DNA from: Candidatus Peregrinibacteria bacterium | GTDB lineage: Bacteria; Patescibacteriota; Gracilibacteria; UBA1369; UM-FILTER-53-11 | Length of the DNA: 64,000 nucleotides | Reading direction: 5' to 3' | Assembly: GCA_016186205.1 (NCBI GenBank) | Contig: JACPMA010000016.1 | Coordinates: 30,978-94,977, forward strand | Shown here: piece after piece, positions 1 to 9,044 of the stretch | Numbering within the stretch: position 1 is the stretch's first letter | Layout: every line of letters starts with the position of its first letter | Notes under the pieces: generated by a model | Seen by the model: only the letters and a program-made list of their open reading frames with translations | Told to the model about the DNA's origin: nothing | The model's database searches: none | Made by a program: the position numbers and the translations under genes

Positions 1-326
1 AGACGAATCACGCGGTTCTGCGGTACCGCGAGCCGGTCTATGATTCGATCCGCGAACTCGCCATGTCGTATTTTCATGAATATTTTACCGATGACGGCAA
101 AAAGACGCTCCGAAGCTACAGCGATCCGGTGGACCTAAAGCGATTCGACGGCCGCGGCTGGACGACTTCGCCAAAAGAAGTTTGGTACATCCCCGAATAT
201 CTTGCTGAAATTCCGCATCACAAAATTCTCACGCGCTCCCAAATCAGCAGACTGCGCAAAGCGGATCCGATTGAGATTAAAGTGGGGAAGATGCTGGAGT
301 TTCCACTTTCTGTTTTATCAAAATGA
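1..326 (+). CDS. Conserved hypothetical protein, 5'-truncated by the window edge (possibly transglutaminase-like)
   Basis: The frame is open from base 3 and reads TNHAVLRYREPVYDSIRELAMSYFHEYF...KTLRSYS. It looks like the C-terminal part of a conserved bacterial family. Confidence 0.6.
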   Translation, partial: TNHAVLRYREPVYDSIRELAMSYFHEYFTDDGKKTLRSYSDPVDLKRFDGRGWTTSPKEVWYIPEYLAEIPHHKILTRSQISRLRKADPIEIKVGKMLEFPLSVLSK

Positions 327-1209
327 AAAGTCCGGCGATAATAATGAGCATGCCGGCGAGTTGATAAAGCGTGGGAATTTCGTGGAGCAGCGCCACGGCA
401 TACACGAGACTGAAAGCGGGTCCCGCGATTACGATCGCTGTTGATTTGCTCACGTCGAGCCGTTTTAATCCTTCAAACCATAGAAGTTTGGCAATGCCGA
501 GGAGCCCCAGTATAAGCCCTGCAAAAAGCGCGAGCTGTTTTTGATCGATCGCCAAAAACGCCTTCGCCAAAAACGCCTCCTGCGGCCATCCTTCCAAAAT
601 AAAACTTATAACAAGGAGCATGATTCCTCCGATAATTGTGCGTAAAAAAAGAACAATCGAAGGCTGCGCGAGCAAAAGCGCCTGTTTTGCATAATGATTT
701 CCAAATGGATAGAGAGCGGTGCCTGCAATAATAAGGAGATCTCCGAGCCTTAATTCGAACGTTCCATTATAAAGTACAGCGATCGTTCCGAGCAGCACGA
801 TCGTGCCGCCGACAATTTTTTGCCGAGTTATCGTTTCGCCGTAAAATAAGCCGGAAATGAGGAATGCGAAAAAGAGTTCGGTTTGATGGAGGAGCGTGGT
901 GTTGATGGCGGAGGTTTTGCTTGTTCCGACAAAAATGAGCGCAAGCGGCACGACTATATTAAACATAGTATTTCCAAAAATCGGCCCAAAAGCCTTGGCA
1001 TTGAAAATTTCACGTAGCCGGCGGGTCGCCGCGAGTATGAAAAATAACGCTATCGCAGTGATGAGTGTGGTGACGGCGGCCACAAGAATCGGTCGGAAAT
1101 TTTTTGCCGTGTAATTGGCAAGTATCGGCGCGAGCGCGTAAATTACCATGTAGCTCAAAAGGAATTTTTCGCCTATACCTAGCTGCATTTTTTCTTGTTT
1201 AGCTTGCAC
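277..1209 (-). CDS. EamA/DMT family transporter
   Basis: 310 aa with ~10 hydrophobic helices in two EamA-like halves; contains G(I)GDLL and GLKRLDVS-type motifs. Confidence 0.85.
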   Translation of the reverse strand: MQAKQEKMQLGIGEKFLLSYMVIYALAPILANYTAKNFRPILVAAVTTLITAIALFFILAATRRLREIFNAKAFGPIFGNTMFNIVVPLALIFVGTSKTSAINTTLLHQTELFFAFLISGLFYGETITRQKIVGGTIVLLGTIAVLYNGTFELRLGDLLIIAGTALYPFGNHYAKQALLLAQPSIVLFLRTIIGGIMLLVISFILEGWPQEAFLAKAFLAIDQKQLALFAGLILGLLGIAKLLWFEGLKRLDVSKSTAIVIAGPAFSLVYAVALLHEIPTLYQLAGMLIIIAGLFILIKQKVETPASSPL

Positions 1210-1259
1210 GAACTTATTCTATCGGATAAAGTAATGCCTTAAAATCTAATCTCTTTTTT

Positions 1260-2303
1260 ATGTCTCCTACTACCCCCCCCTCTGAACAATTTGGATATGA
1301 CGATGCGGCGCGAGCCCGAGATCTCGTTATAGATAAATTGCGCGATAGGGGATTAGATGCCGAGAAAGTACAAGACGGGGTTATTCTTGGTTCCGGGCTT
1401 GGCGGTTTCCCGGATGATCACATGCATGCGTCCCGGAGAGGCCATGCGGACGGTCCGCTGGTTATTCCATTCGGGGAAATTTTAGATGCTTTAGAAGCTC
1501 CGACAGCTAGCACCGGCGTACAAGGCCATGCCCATGAACTTGTGATTGGTCCTTTGAGCAATACGGACGAAAGTCGTCTCGTGGTTGCCCAGAGCGGCCG
1601 CGAACATCCATACGAACGCGTTCCCATGCAACGGTCGGTATTTTGGCTGCGCGTTATGCAGCTTTTGGGTGTTAAAACGCTTTTTGGCTCCAATGCAGCC
1701 GGAATTGTAACGCCGCGCACTTTAGGAATTCCTTCTCTCATGCTTGTGAACAGCGACCGCGAAGCTGGAACAGATAATCCGCTTGTCGGCCCAAATGATG
1801 ATCGGTTTGGAGAACGCTTCCAGCACATGAATGATAAATATCCGCAAGCGTCGCGGGATTTGGTAAAAGCGGTTGCTGCGCGGCTTGGCATTCCGCTTGC
1901 AGAAGGTTTGCTTTTCCGCGAAATGGGACCGAGTTATGAAAGTCCGGAAACTATCTTAGAACTTCGAGGGCGTCTCCGGACAATTTGGCGCGAAGCGCAA
2001 GATCAACGCGGCGAAGATCGCTTCAGATATTCCTCGACCGGAGATCCTACTGGAATGGTCGGCATGTCTTCAACATTTGAACATACTGTTGTGCAGCACG
2101 CGGCTTATTCTCGCGTTCATCCTGCTTTTTATAAAGGCAGAGCGCATGTGGGCGTCGCTACAAACTATGCCGCAGGGATGGGGCCTGACGGTTTTGTTCC
2201 TCCGCCGAATCACGAAGAGGTGAAGACAAATGCCAAACTTGTTCAAGATCAATTCGGCCGGCTCGCGCGCGAGGTGATTTTGGAGTGGCGCAAAGCGGCG
2301 TAA
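1260..2303 (+). CDS. punA: Purine nucleoside phosphorylase (trimeric PNP-I type, divergent)
   Basis: Motifs GVILGSGLG, GREHPYE, SNAAG, NPLVGPN, GPSYES, VGMSS and NHEEV. Confidence 0.85.
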   Translation: MSPTTPPSEQFGYDDAARARDLVIDKLRDRGLDAEKVQDGVILGSGLGGFPDDHMHASRRGHADGPLVIPFGEILDALEAPTASTGVQGHAHELVIGPLSNTDESRLVVAQSGREHPYERVPMQRSVFWLRVMQLLGVKTLFGSNAAGIVTPRTLGIPSLMLVNSDREAGTDNPLVGPNDDRFGERFQHMNDKYPQASRDLVKAVAARLGIPLAEGLLFREMGPSYESPETILELRGRLRTIWREAQDQRGEDRFRYSSTGDPTGMVGMSSTFEHTVVQHAAYSRVHPAFYKGRAHVGVATNYAAGMGPDGFVPPPNHEEVKTNAKLVQDQFGRLAREVILEWRKAA

Positions 2304-2339
2304 GATTTTTTCGTGTGTTCCGTATTAAAAAGCAGAACC

Positions 2340-3146
2340 ATGAAAATCTTCGCCAAAATTTGTGCGCTTGTAGTTTCGTATTTGAGCCTTGCTGTTTGGG
2401 GCGTGTTTTTGATTTTGCCGCCTGCAGGCGCGAGCGAAGCTAAGGGCGATATCCCGGTGCTTATTGTTCCGCATCATCTTGTGGCCGATCGTCAGATTCA
2501 GGGCGGTTTTGCGGCCATTGCATCTATGCGAAAAAATAATCCGCCCAAGCGCATTATTCTTTTGGGACCAAATCATTATTTTCGCGGCAAGGCGGATGTA
2601 ATTACTGCGCGACATAATTGGAATACAAACGATGGAGATATCATTGCGGACACGGCTTTCATTGATTTCATGGTGAAGAAAAATTTCGCATCGCTTGAAG
2701 ACGGGGTTGCGGAGGGCGATCATTCCATCACAGCTCTTTTGCCTTTTATAGAGCGATATTTTCCGGATGCTGCTTTGGTCCCGCTTATAATGCGCGAACC
2801 AATGCTGCGCAAAAACACTGAAAAGCTCGCGCAGTTTTTCAATGAACAGCTCGGGCCGGAAACTCTTCTCATAGTTTCCGCTGATTTTTCGCATTACTTT
2901 CCGAAAGAAATCGCCGAAGCGCATGACAAAGAATCGCTCGCAGCGCTCCAAACGCTCGACATGGATTTTATAGAAAAGCGGATGGACATAGATGCGCGGC
3001 AAATTCTTATGGTCGTTGCCGACTATCTAAAACTCAAAGGCGGCGCGAAATTTACGATGCTTTTTCATACGAACTCGGCTGATTTGACCGCGAACCCATA
3101 CGAAAAATCCACGACGAGCCATTTTGTCGGGTTCTATGAGCTATAA
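2340..3146 (+). CDS. Memo/AmmeMemoRadiSam protein B family protein with N-terminal membrane anchor
   Basis: Motifs IVPHH, ILLGPNH, DHSI and SADFSHY; hydrophobic N-terminus from ATG 2340. Confidence 0.8.
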   Translation: MKIFAKICALVVSYLSLAVWGVFLILPPAGASEAKGDIPVLIVPHHLVADRQIQGGFAAIASMRKNNPPKRIILLGPNHYFRGKADVITARHNWNTNDGDIIADTAFIDFMVKKNFASLEDGVAEGDHSITALLPFIERYFPDAALVPLIMREPMLRKNTEKLAQFFNEQLGPETLLIVSADFSHYFPKEIAEAHDKESLAALQTLDMDFIEKRMDIDARQILMVVADYLKLKGGAKFTMLFHTNSADLTANPYEKSTTSHFVGFYEL

Positions 3147-3158
3147 TGAGCATTGTGT

Positions 3159-3704
3159 ATGTCGGAATTAAATGAAGAGCTTCTTGTTGAGAAAGCGAAA
3201 ACCGATCAGGCCTCCTTCTCGCAGCTCTACGAAATGTACCTTCCAAAAATTTTCGCCTATGTTACGCGGCGCATTGGCAATAGGGATGAAGCGGAAGATC
3301 TCACATCAAACATTTTTGTGCGGGTGCTCGAAAATATGAAAAAATTCGATCCGAAAAAAAGCAGTTTCAAAACCTGGATTTATACGATCGCCACTCGCAT
3401 GATGATCGATTATTTCCGCACTCATAAGAAAAAACGCACAGAAAGCATTGAAATGGCGGAGACGATTTCCGATCCTCAAAAAAATCCCCATGAACAAGCG
3501 CAGGAAAATCAGCAGCGCCAAAAAGTGCTTTCGGTTATTGATCAGCTTTCCGACCGCCATCAACGCATTTTGATGCTCAAGTATTTCAGCGGCCTTGAAA
3601 CTCCCGAACTTGCGCTTGCGCTCGGCGTTACGGAAAATAATGCCTCGGTGATTGTTCATCGCGCTCTTAAAGATTTTCAAACAACTTATCAACGCTATGT
3701 TTAA
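3159..3704 (+). CDS. ECF (sigma-70 group 4) RNA polymerase sigma factor
   Basis: Region 2 (FSQLYEMY...AEDLTSNIF...FKTWIYTIA) and region 4 (LSDRHQRILMLKY...ELALALG...VIVHRAL). Confidence 0.92.
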   Translation: MSELNEELLVEKAKTDQASFSQLYEMYLPKIFAYVTRRIGNRDEAEDLTSNIFVRVLENMKKFDPKKSSFKTWIYTIATRMMIDYFRTHKKKRTESIEMAETISDPQKNPHEQAQENQQRQKVLSVIDQLSDRHQRILMLKYFSGLETPELALALGVTENNASVIVHRALKDFQTTYQRYV

Positions 3705-6700
3705 CTTCCTTTCAAAAATTTGGCGTAAGAATCGGCAGATTCCTTCGTATGAGGAGAGTGAAAAACTTCTTATTTCTTCACTCCTTCCTCCTATGAAACC
3801 TACGGATCAATTTAAAGCCGTCCTTAAAGAGCAGCTTTTGAATCGCTTTCCGGAAGCTAAGTCAGCGGTTAAATCGTTTTTCGGCCGCAAATTTATTTTC
3901 TCGGGCGCAGCCGCGCTCTTAATTCTTCTTGCTGTAGGATCGACGGTGTATTTTCTTCCAAAATCATTCGGGCCGCCGCAAGTGCCTATTGTGAGAGCGA
4001 GCAGCCAGTATGTTGCGGTGAATTTTCCGATCAGAGTTGCATTTCCGTATGATATTGCTGCCGAAACTGTTCAAAAATATTTTTCAATCAAGCCGAGCCA
4101 CAGCGAGGCTAAGCAAATAACGCGCCCGCAGGGCGCAACCGCTTGGCCAGAGATAGAAGGAACAGTGTCAGTGGAAAACGGCGTACTTACATTCAGCCAC
4201 CCGAAAAATCTCGAATATGAAACGGAATATACTTTGAAAGTTTCAAAAGAGGCTTCATCGAAAATGGAGCAAGATTTTACGATTTCTTTCACTACGCGCG
4301 CTCGCTTGGTATCGGAATTTTATCTTGCCTCGCGCATAGATATGGCGCATTCCACTGTGAATTTTTATGATCTCAAGCCGAAAGTGTTCATCAATATGCC
4401 GTATGACGGGAACTATACGGCGCGTATTTACAAAACTTCTGCAGATGGACTTTTGGATTATATTGCAGCGACGGAAAAAAATGCTTCACAAGGAAAAATG
4501 AATGACGATAATACGTTTAAAGCTTTGAAGAAGAATTTATTGGAAGAGCAAAAAGTAGTCGTGAAGCCGAATTTTGTGTATGAACCGGGGATTCAAGAAG
4601 CCGGCATGTATTTTGTTGAGATGACCGGCAAGCCCAAAACTGAGTATGACGAAGGCGTATATCGGTTTTTTATCACAGACAGTCGGTATGCTTTGAGCAC
4701 AAAACGCCTCGGAACGAAACTTGTGACATGGATGGTGGATATGCAAACCGGCGCAGGTATTCCGGATGCCAAAGTGACCGGCTACAGCCTTGATCGCACT
4801 GTTGTCTTTGAAGGAAAAACGAATGCAAACGGCATTCATGAGCAGGAAGTCGGACTGGATTTTGAAAAACAGCCAAGCGCGCTTGTGTTTGATACCGGTT
4901 CCGAGCGCGTTGTGAATATGGTGCGCGTAAAATATCGAAGCATCTTCGACGTTGATTGGAGTAATCGGCAGCAGCCGTATCAGGGATATGTTATGTTTGA
5001 TCGACCCCTCTACAAGCCCGGCGATACTGTGCAGTTCAAAACGCTTCTGCGCAAAACAGGCGAAACTAATTATGACGGTTCCATCAAAACCGCACATATC
5101 GAAGTTAGACGGAGCAATTATGGGGAAGCTTCAGACACGCTTTTCAAAAATGATTATAGCGTGAGCAGAACCGGAACTTTTGCCGGCGATTTTCCGCTCA
5201 ATAAAGAATTAAAAACAGGCGAATATAGTCTCACGGTAAAAGTCGGCGACAAGGAAATCATTTCGGAATGGTTTGGCGTGGAGGTTTTTCAAAAGCCGGA
5301 TTTTGAAGTCGCGGTTAAACCGGATCAAGAAGCATATGTTTCCGGCGATACTGTAAAAGTGGATGTTTCGGCGAATTATTTCTTCGGCGCAGCTGTGAAA
5401 AATCAAAAGGTGACCGTTAGCATTGAGGATACTTATTATTATAGAGGTTCGGTTGCTACCAAAGATGGCGTGCTGGACAGCAGCGGGCATTTTAAAGCGG
5501 TTTTTGAAGACTTCCGTTCCTCAAAGGAAAATGATTCTTATTGGGGGTATGGCGCGGAGGGCCAGCCTTTTACGATTCGTGCAACTGTCAACGAAGATAC
5601 CGGAAAAACATTTTCCAAGAGTTCATCGATTTATCTTTATCCATCGCAGTACACGCTTAAAATTGAAGAACCGCAGGCGCTCTGGAATTTGAAGCCGCGC
5701 GAAAAAATTCCATTTACTTTCCGGGTTGCACGCGCGCTCGACAAGAGCGAAATGAACGGTGTGGCAGGCGCAAAAATAAAGCTTGATCTTGTGGACCGGT
5801 CATGGGATCGAACGCTCATGAGCCTGAACGAAAAACACCTTCTTCCAACGGATACGACGATTACAACCGATTCATTCGGCAAGGCAAAATTTGAATTTGA
5901 ATTTCCGGTCGGCGGTTCATATCAGCTTATTGCTTCTTCTCCGGATCCGAAGGGCAATACAGCGGAATTCAAGGAATATTTCTGGATTCCCGATGCGGAA
6001 AATAACATATTTTATGACGCGTCATTGCCGCAAGCCACAGCGCAAATCGCGTTGGTGCCTGACAAAGAGTCATACAAAGCCGGCGAAACCGCGAAAGTAA
6101 AAGTTTATACGCCGCAGGAAGAAGGCGACATGTTTGTGAGCGTTAATACGAAGAGCATGCGCCGGATGTTCGTGCAAAAACTTTCCGGAAGCGATCATGA
6201 ACTCGAAATTTCCGTTACGGAAGATCTTGCGCCCGGTTTTTTCATCTTTGCGGAGGTGTATAACAGCGATACATTTTTTACAGGCACGCGCTTTATTGAA
6301 GTCACTGGCAAAAAGTTGTCTGTGGAAATTATGCCGTCGCAGAAACAATTGTATCCCAAAGATGAAGTTACTCTTTCTGTAATAACCAAAGATGAAAACG
6401 GAAATCCTGTGTCTTCCGAAGGCGCACTGACCGTTGTTGATAAAGCGCTTCTTGCGCTGCGCGCTGCCAATGACAAAACGCTCTTCGATAGTTTTTATGT
6501 GCGGCCGAGCGAATATAACATGAGCCGGTTTACCACGACGGATCCGTTTTCCGTTGGCGCAGCGGAAAAAGGCGGTTGTTTCTTGCCAGGCACGCTCATT
6601 TTGATGGCTGACGGATCGCAGAAACCGATTGAAGAAATCCGCGTTGGCGATGTGATTCTTACGAAAGCAGATGATTTTTCTTCACAGCTTGTAAAAGATA

Positions 6701-9003
6701 CTGTCGTGCGGACATTTGAACATACGGTCGGCGAGTATCTTGTGATTAACGGCTCGTTGAAGGTCACGCCGATCCATCGAATGTTTGCGAATGGCGGCTG
6801 GAAGACAGCCGGCGAAGTTCGTCTGGGCGATTGGTTTTTGGATTACCGCGGCCGGCAAGTTTTCGTCACCTCTCTTGAAAAAACATACAACCGCGTGAAG
6901 GTTTACAACTTCGAAACAGAACGTCTCCACACTTATTTTGCCGACGGCATCTACGTTCACAACGACAAAGGCGGAGACAGCCGGCCGCGCACCGAATTCC
7001 TTGATACGGCTTACTGGAATGCTTTTGTGGAAACGGGCTCGGATGGAAAAGGATCGGTTACATTTAAAGTGCCGGATAATCTCACCACATGGGTGGCGCT
7101 TGGGAAAAATATCACAACTGATACGAAAGTCGGCGAAGGCGAAAACGAATTTATTGTGACAAAAGATCTTTTCATCCGGCCGAATCTTCCTTTATTTGTC
7201 CGCAGCGGCGATGAAATGGAAATCGAAGCGCCGGTGCATAATACGACTAATCGCGACCTCGCCGTGAAGGCTTTGATAAAGGCGACAGGCGCAACTGTTT
7301 TGAATGAAACCCTTCAAGAAATTTCCGTTTCTGCGAATTCCTCAAAATCCGTTCGCTGGAAGGTGCGCGTGGATGAAGTTAAGGAACTTAAATTTGAATT
7401 TTCCGTGAATGAAGTTGGCGGAAAACTCGTTGATAATCTCGTGCAAAAAGTGGCGGTCTATCCTTCTACTTCTCTAGATAACACCGTGCTCACGGGCGCA
7501 GCGCCAAAGAAATTGGATTTTGTTTTTGATGCTGATTCGCCGTACAGCAACGCGACCCTTACTCTTGCTGCTTCCGCGGTCGGCATTCTTCCGGAAATTA
7601 TTGAAAAACTCACAGGTTTTCCATACGGCTGCGTTGAACAAACCATGAGCAAGCATCTTCCGAATGTACTGGTAAAGAAGTACAGCGAATTGCTCGGCGT
7701 TTCATTGCCGTCCGATCTTGATAAAAGTTTAGAAGAAGGATTTGAGCGTTTGCGGAAATACCAGCACAATGACGGTTCATTTGGCTGGTGGGAAAACGAT
7801 AATGCGAGCATTTGGATGACAGGTTATGTTTTGGAAGGATTTTTGGAGATTAAAGACATGGGGCTTTTGGCCGGCCGCGAATCAATGTATCAAAGAACGC
7901 TTGAATATTTGAAAAACGCGCTTCCAAATTTGAAAGCCGATGAACGCATTTATGCGAATTACGTTTTGGCCCGCGCGCTACCTAAAGATTTTCTGCTCGA
8001 AATTGACGAAGAAGAACTTCGAAGTTTACAGCCTGAATTTCTTGGATACGTTGCACTCGCGCATCATTACAACGGCAATAAAGAAGAAGCCCAGCGCATA
8101 GTAAAAGATTATATTTTGAAAAAACTTGAAGATAGCCATTGGGAACAGCCTGATAATTTGTATGATGGTCACGATCTCTCCATGGGCGATAAATATCTTG
8201 CAACCGGCGTGAATCTTTCCGCGCTCCTTACAATCGGCGGCGCGCAGGAATCAGAGATCCGCGAAATCGTGCAATGGCTTATGACTCATCGAAACGGCTA
8301 CGAAGGCTTGTGGGGATCCACGCGCCAAAGCAGCCAGGTGCTTTTCGCGCTCTTAAAATTCATTCAGAAATACAATGAGTTTGATCCAAATTTTGACTAC
8401 GCGATAACGCTTGGCAACGAAAAATTATTCGACGGAAAAGCAAACGGCAAAAACTTTTCCAAGAAAATCGAAATTCCGTCTAAAAAACTTTCCGCAAAAA
8501 ATGCGCTCGAAATTTCTTCCAGCGGGAAAGGAACGCTTTATTACACGCTTTCCGTGAAGAATTATACAGGCGCCGCATCAGCATCGGATGAAATCAAGGT
8601 AAGCCGCAGCTATATGAAGGACGGAAAAGCCGTGAAAGAATTTTCCGTGGGCGATGTGCTCGAAGTGCGCCTTGATGTCGAAAGTCCGAAAGACCTCACG
8701 TATGTGATGGTGGAAGATATGCTTCCGGCAGGATTTGATGTCATCAATGACCGCCTCCAACGCGATAATCAATATGGCTATGATTATTACGAAGGTGGAT
8801 ATTATTGGAGCGATGAAGTTGATATCCGCGACGAACACGTGGCGCTTTTCAGCTCCTATGTTTCCGCAGGCCGCCGCGCTTTCAGCTACCGAGTCCGCGT
8901 TTCCCGCAAAGGAACTTACAGCGCGCCTGCTCCAAAAGTCACGCCAATGTATGATCCGCAGCTTATGGGCGTTGGTACAAAGGAAACGCTTGCTATCCGT
9001 TAA
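3697..9003 (+). CDS. Bacterial alpha-2-macroglobulin with anti-sigma-like N-terminus, TM helix, Ig-like domain and embedded Hint domain
   Basis: MG2 motif FDRPLYKPGDTV, post-bait RTEFLDTAYWN, VPDNLTTW, thioester FPYGCVEQT (7630-7641), QHNDGSFGWW and C-terminal VEDMLPAGF. ATG 3697 overlaps the sigma stop. Confidence 0.93.
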   Translation: MFNFLSKIWRKNRQIPSYEESEKLLISSLLPPMKPTDQFKAVLKEQLLNRFPEAKSAVKSFFGRKFIFSGAAALLILLAVGSTVYFLPKSFGPPQVPIVRASSQYVAVNFPIRVAFPYDIAAETVQKYFSIKPSHSEAKQITRPQGATAWPEIEGTVSVENGVLTFSHPKNLEYETEYTLKVSKEASSKMEQDFTISFTTRARLVSEFYLASRIDMAHSTVNFYDLKPKVFINMPYDGNYTARIYKTSADGLLDYIAATEKNASQGKMNDDNTFKALKKNLLEEQKVVVKPNFVYEPGIQEAGMYFVEMTGKPKTEYDEGVYRFFITDSRYALSTKRLGTKLVTWMVDMQTGAGIPDAKVTGYSLDRTVVFEGKTNANGIHEQEVGLDFEKQPSALVFDTGSERVVNMVRVKYRSIFDVDWSNRQQPYQGYVMFDRPLYKPGDTVQFKTLLRKTGETNYDGSIKTAHIEVRRSNYGEASDTLFKNDYSVSRTGTFAGDFPLNKELKTGEYSLTVKVGDKEIISEWFGVEVFQKPDFEVAVKPDQEAYVSGDTVKVDVSANYFFGAAVKNQKVTVSIEDTYYYRGSVATKDGVLDSSGHFKAVFEDFRSSKENDSYWGYGAEGQPFTIRATVNEDTGKTFSKSSSIYLYPSQYTLKIEEPQALWNLKPREKIPFTFRVARALDKSEMNGVAGAKIKLDLVDRSWDRTLMSLNEKHLLPTDTTITTDSFGKAKFEFEFPVGGSYQLIASSPDPKGNTAEFKEYFWIPDAENNIFYDASLPQATAQIALVPDKESYKAGETAKVKVYTPQEEGDMFVSVNTKSMRRMFVQKLSGSDHELEISVTEDLAPGFFIFAEVYNSDTFFTGTRFIEVTGKKLSVEIMPSQKQLYPKDEVTLSVITKDENGNPVSSEGALTVVDKALLALRAANDKTLFDSFYVRPSEYNMSRFTTTDPFSVGAAEKGGCFLPGTLILMADGSQKPIEEIRVGDVILTKADDFSSQLVKDTVVRTFEHTVGEYLVINGSLKVTPIHRMFANGGWKTAGEVRLGDWFLDYRGRQVFVTSLEKTYNRVKVYNFETERLHTYFADGIYVHNDKGGDSRPRTEFLDTAYWNAFVETGSDGKGSVTFKVPDNLTTWVALGKNITTDTKVGEGENEFIVTKDLFIRPNLPLFVRSGDEMEIEAPVHNTTNRDLAVKALIKATGATVLNETLQEISVSANSSKSVRWKVRVDEVKELKFEFSVNEVGGKLVDNLVQKVAVYPSTSLDNTVLTGAAPKKLDFVFDADSPYSNATLTLAASAVGILPEIIEKLTGFPYGCVEQTMSKHLPNVLVKKYSELLGVSLPSDLDKSLEEGFERLRKYQHNDGSFGWWENDNASIWMTGYVLEGFLEIKDMGLLAGRESMYQRTLEYLKNALPNLKADERIYANYVLARALPKDFLLEIDEEELRSLQPEFLGYVALAHHYNGNKEEAQRIVKDYILKKLEDSHWEQPDNLYDGHDLSMGDKYLATGVNLSALLTIGGAQESEIREIVQWLMTHRNGYEGLWGSTRQSSQVLFALLKFIQKYNEFDPNFDYAITLGNEKLFDGKANGKNFSKKIEIPSKKLSAKNALEISSSGKGTLYYTLSVKNYTGAASASDEIKVSRSYMKDGKAVKEFSVGDVLEVRLDVESPKDLTYVMVEDMLPAGFDVINDRLQRDNQYGYDYYEGGYYWSDEVDIRDEHVALFSSYVSAGRRAFSYRVRVSRKGTYSAPAPKVTPMYDPQLMGVGTKETLAIR
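6577..6963 (+). other. Hint / bacterial intein-like (BIL) domain, 129 aa, inside the A2M gene
   Basis: Block A CFLPGTLILMADG, IEEIRVGD, block B VTPIHRM, block F/G KVYNFETERLHTYFADGIYVHN. The +1 residue is Asp and there is no endonuclease. Confidence 0.92.
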
Positions 9004-9044
9004 TAATTAGCATAAATATGAGCATGTATTTTTAATTTTTATTT

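Noticed and set aside
6577..6963. Canonical mobile intein
   Set aside because: There is no homing endonuclease and the +1 residue is Asp rather than Cys/Ser/Thr, so it is treated as a BIL-type Hint domain.
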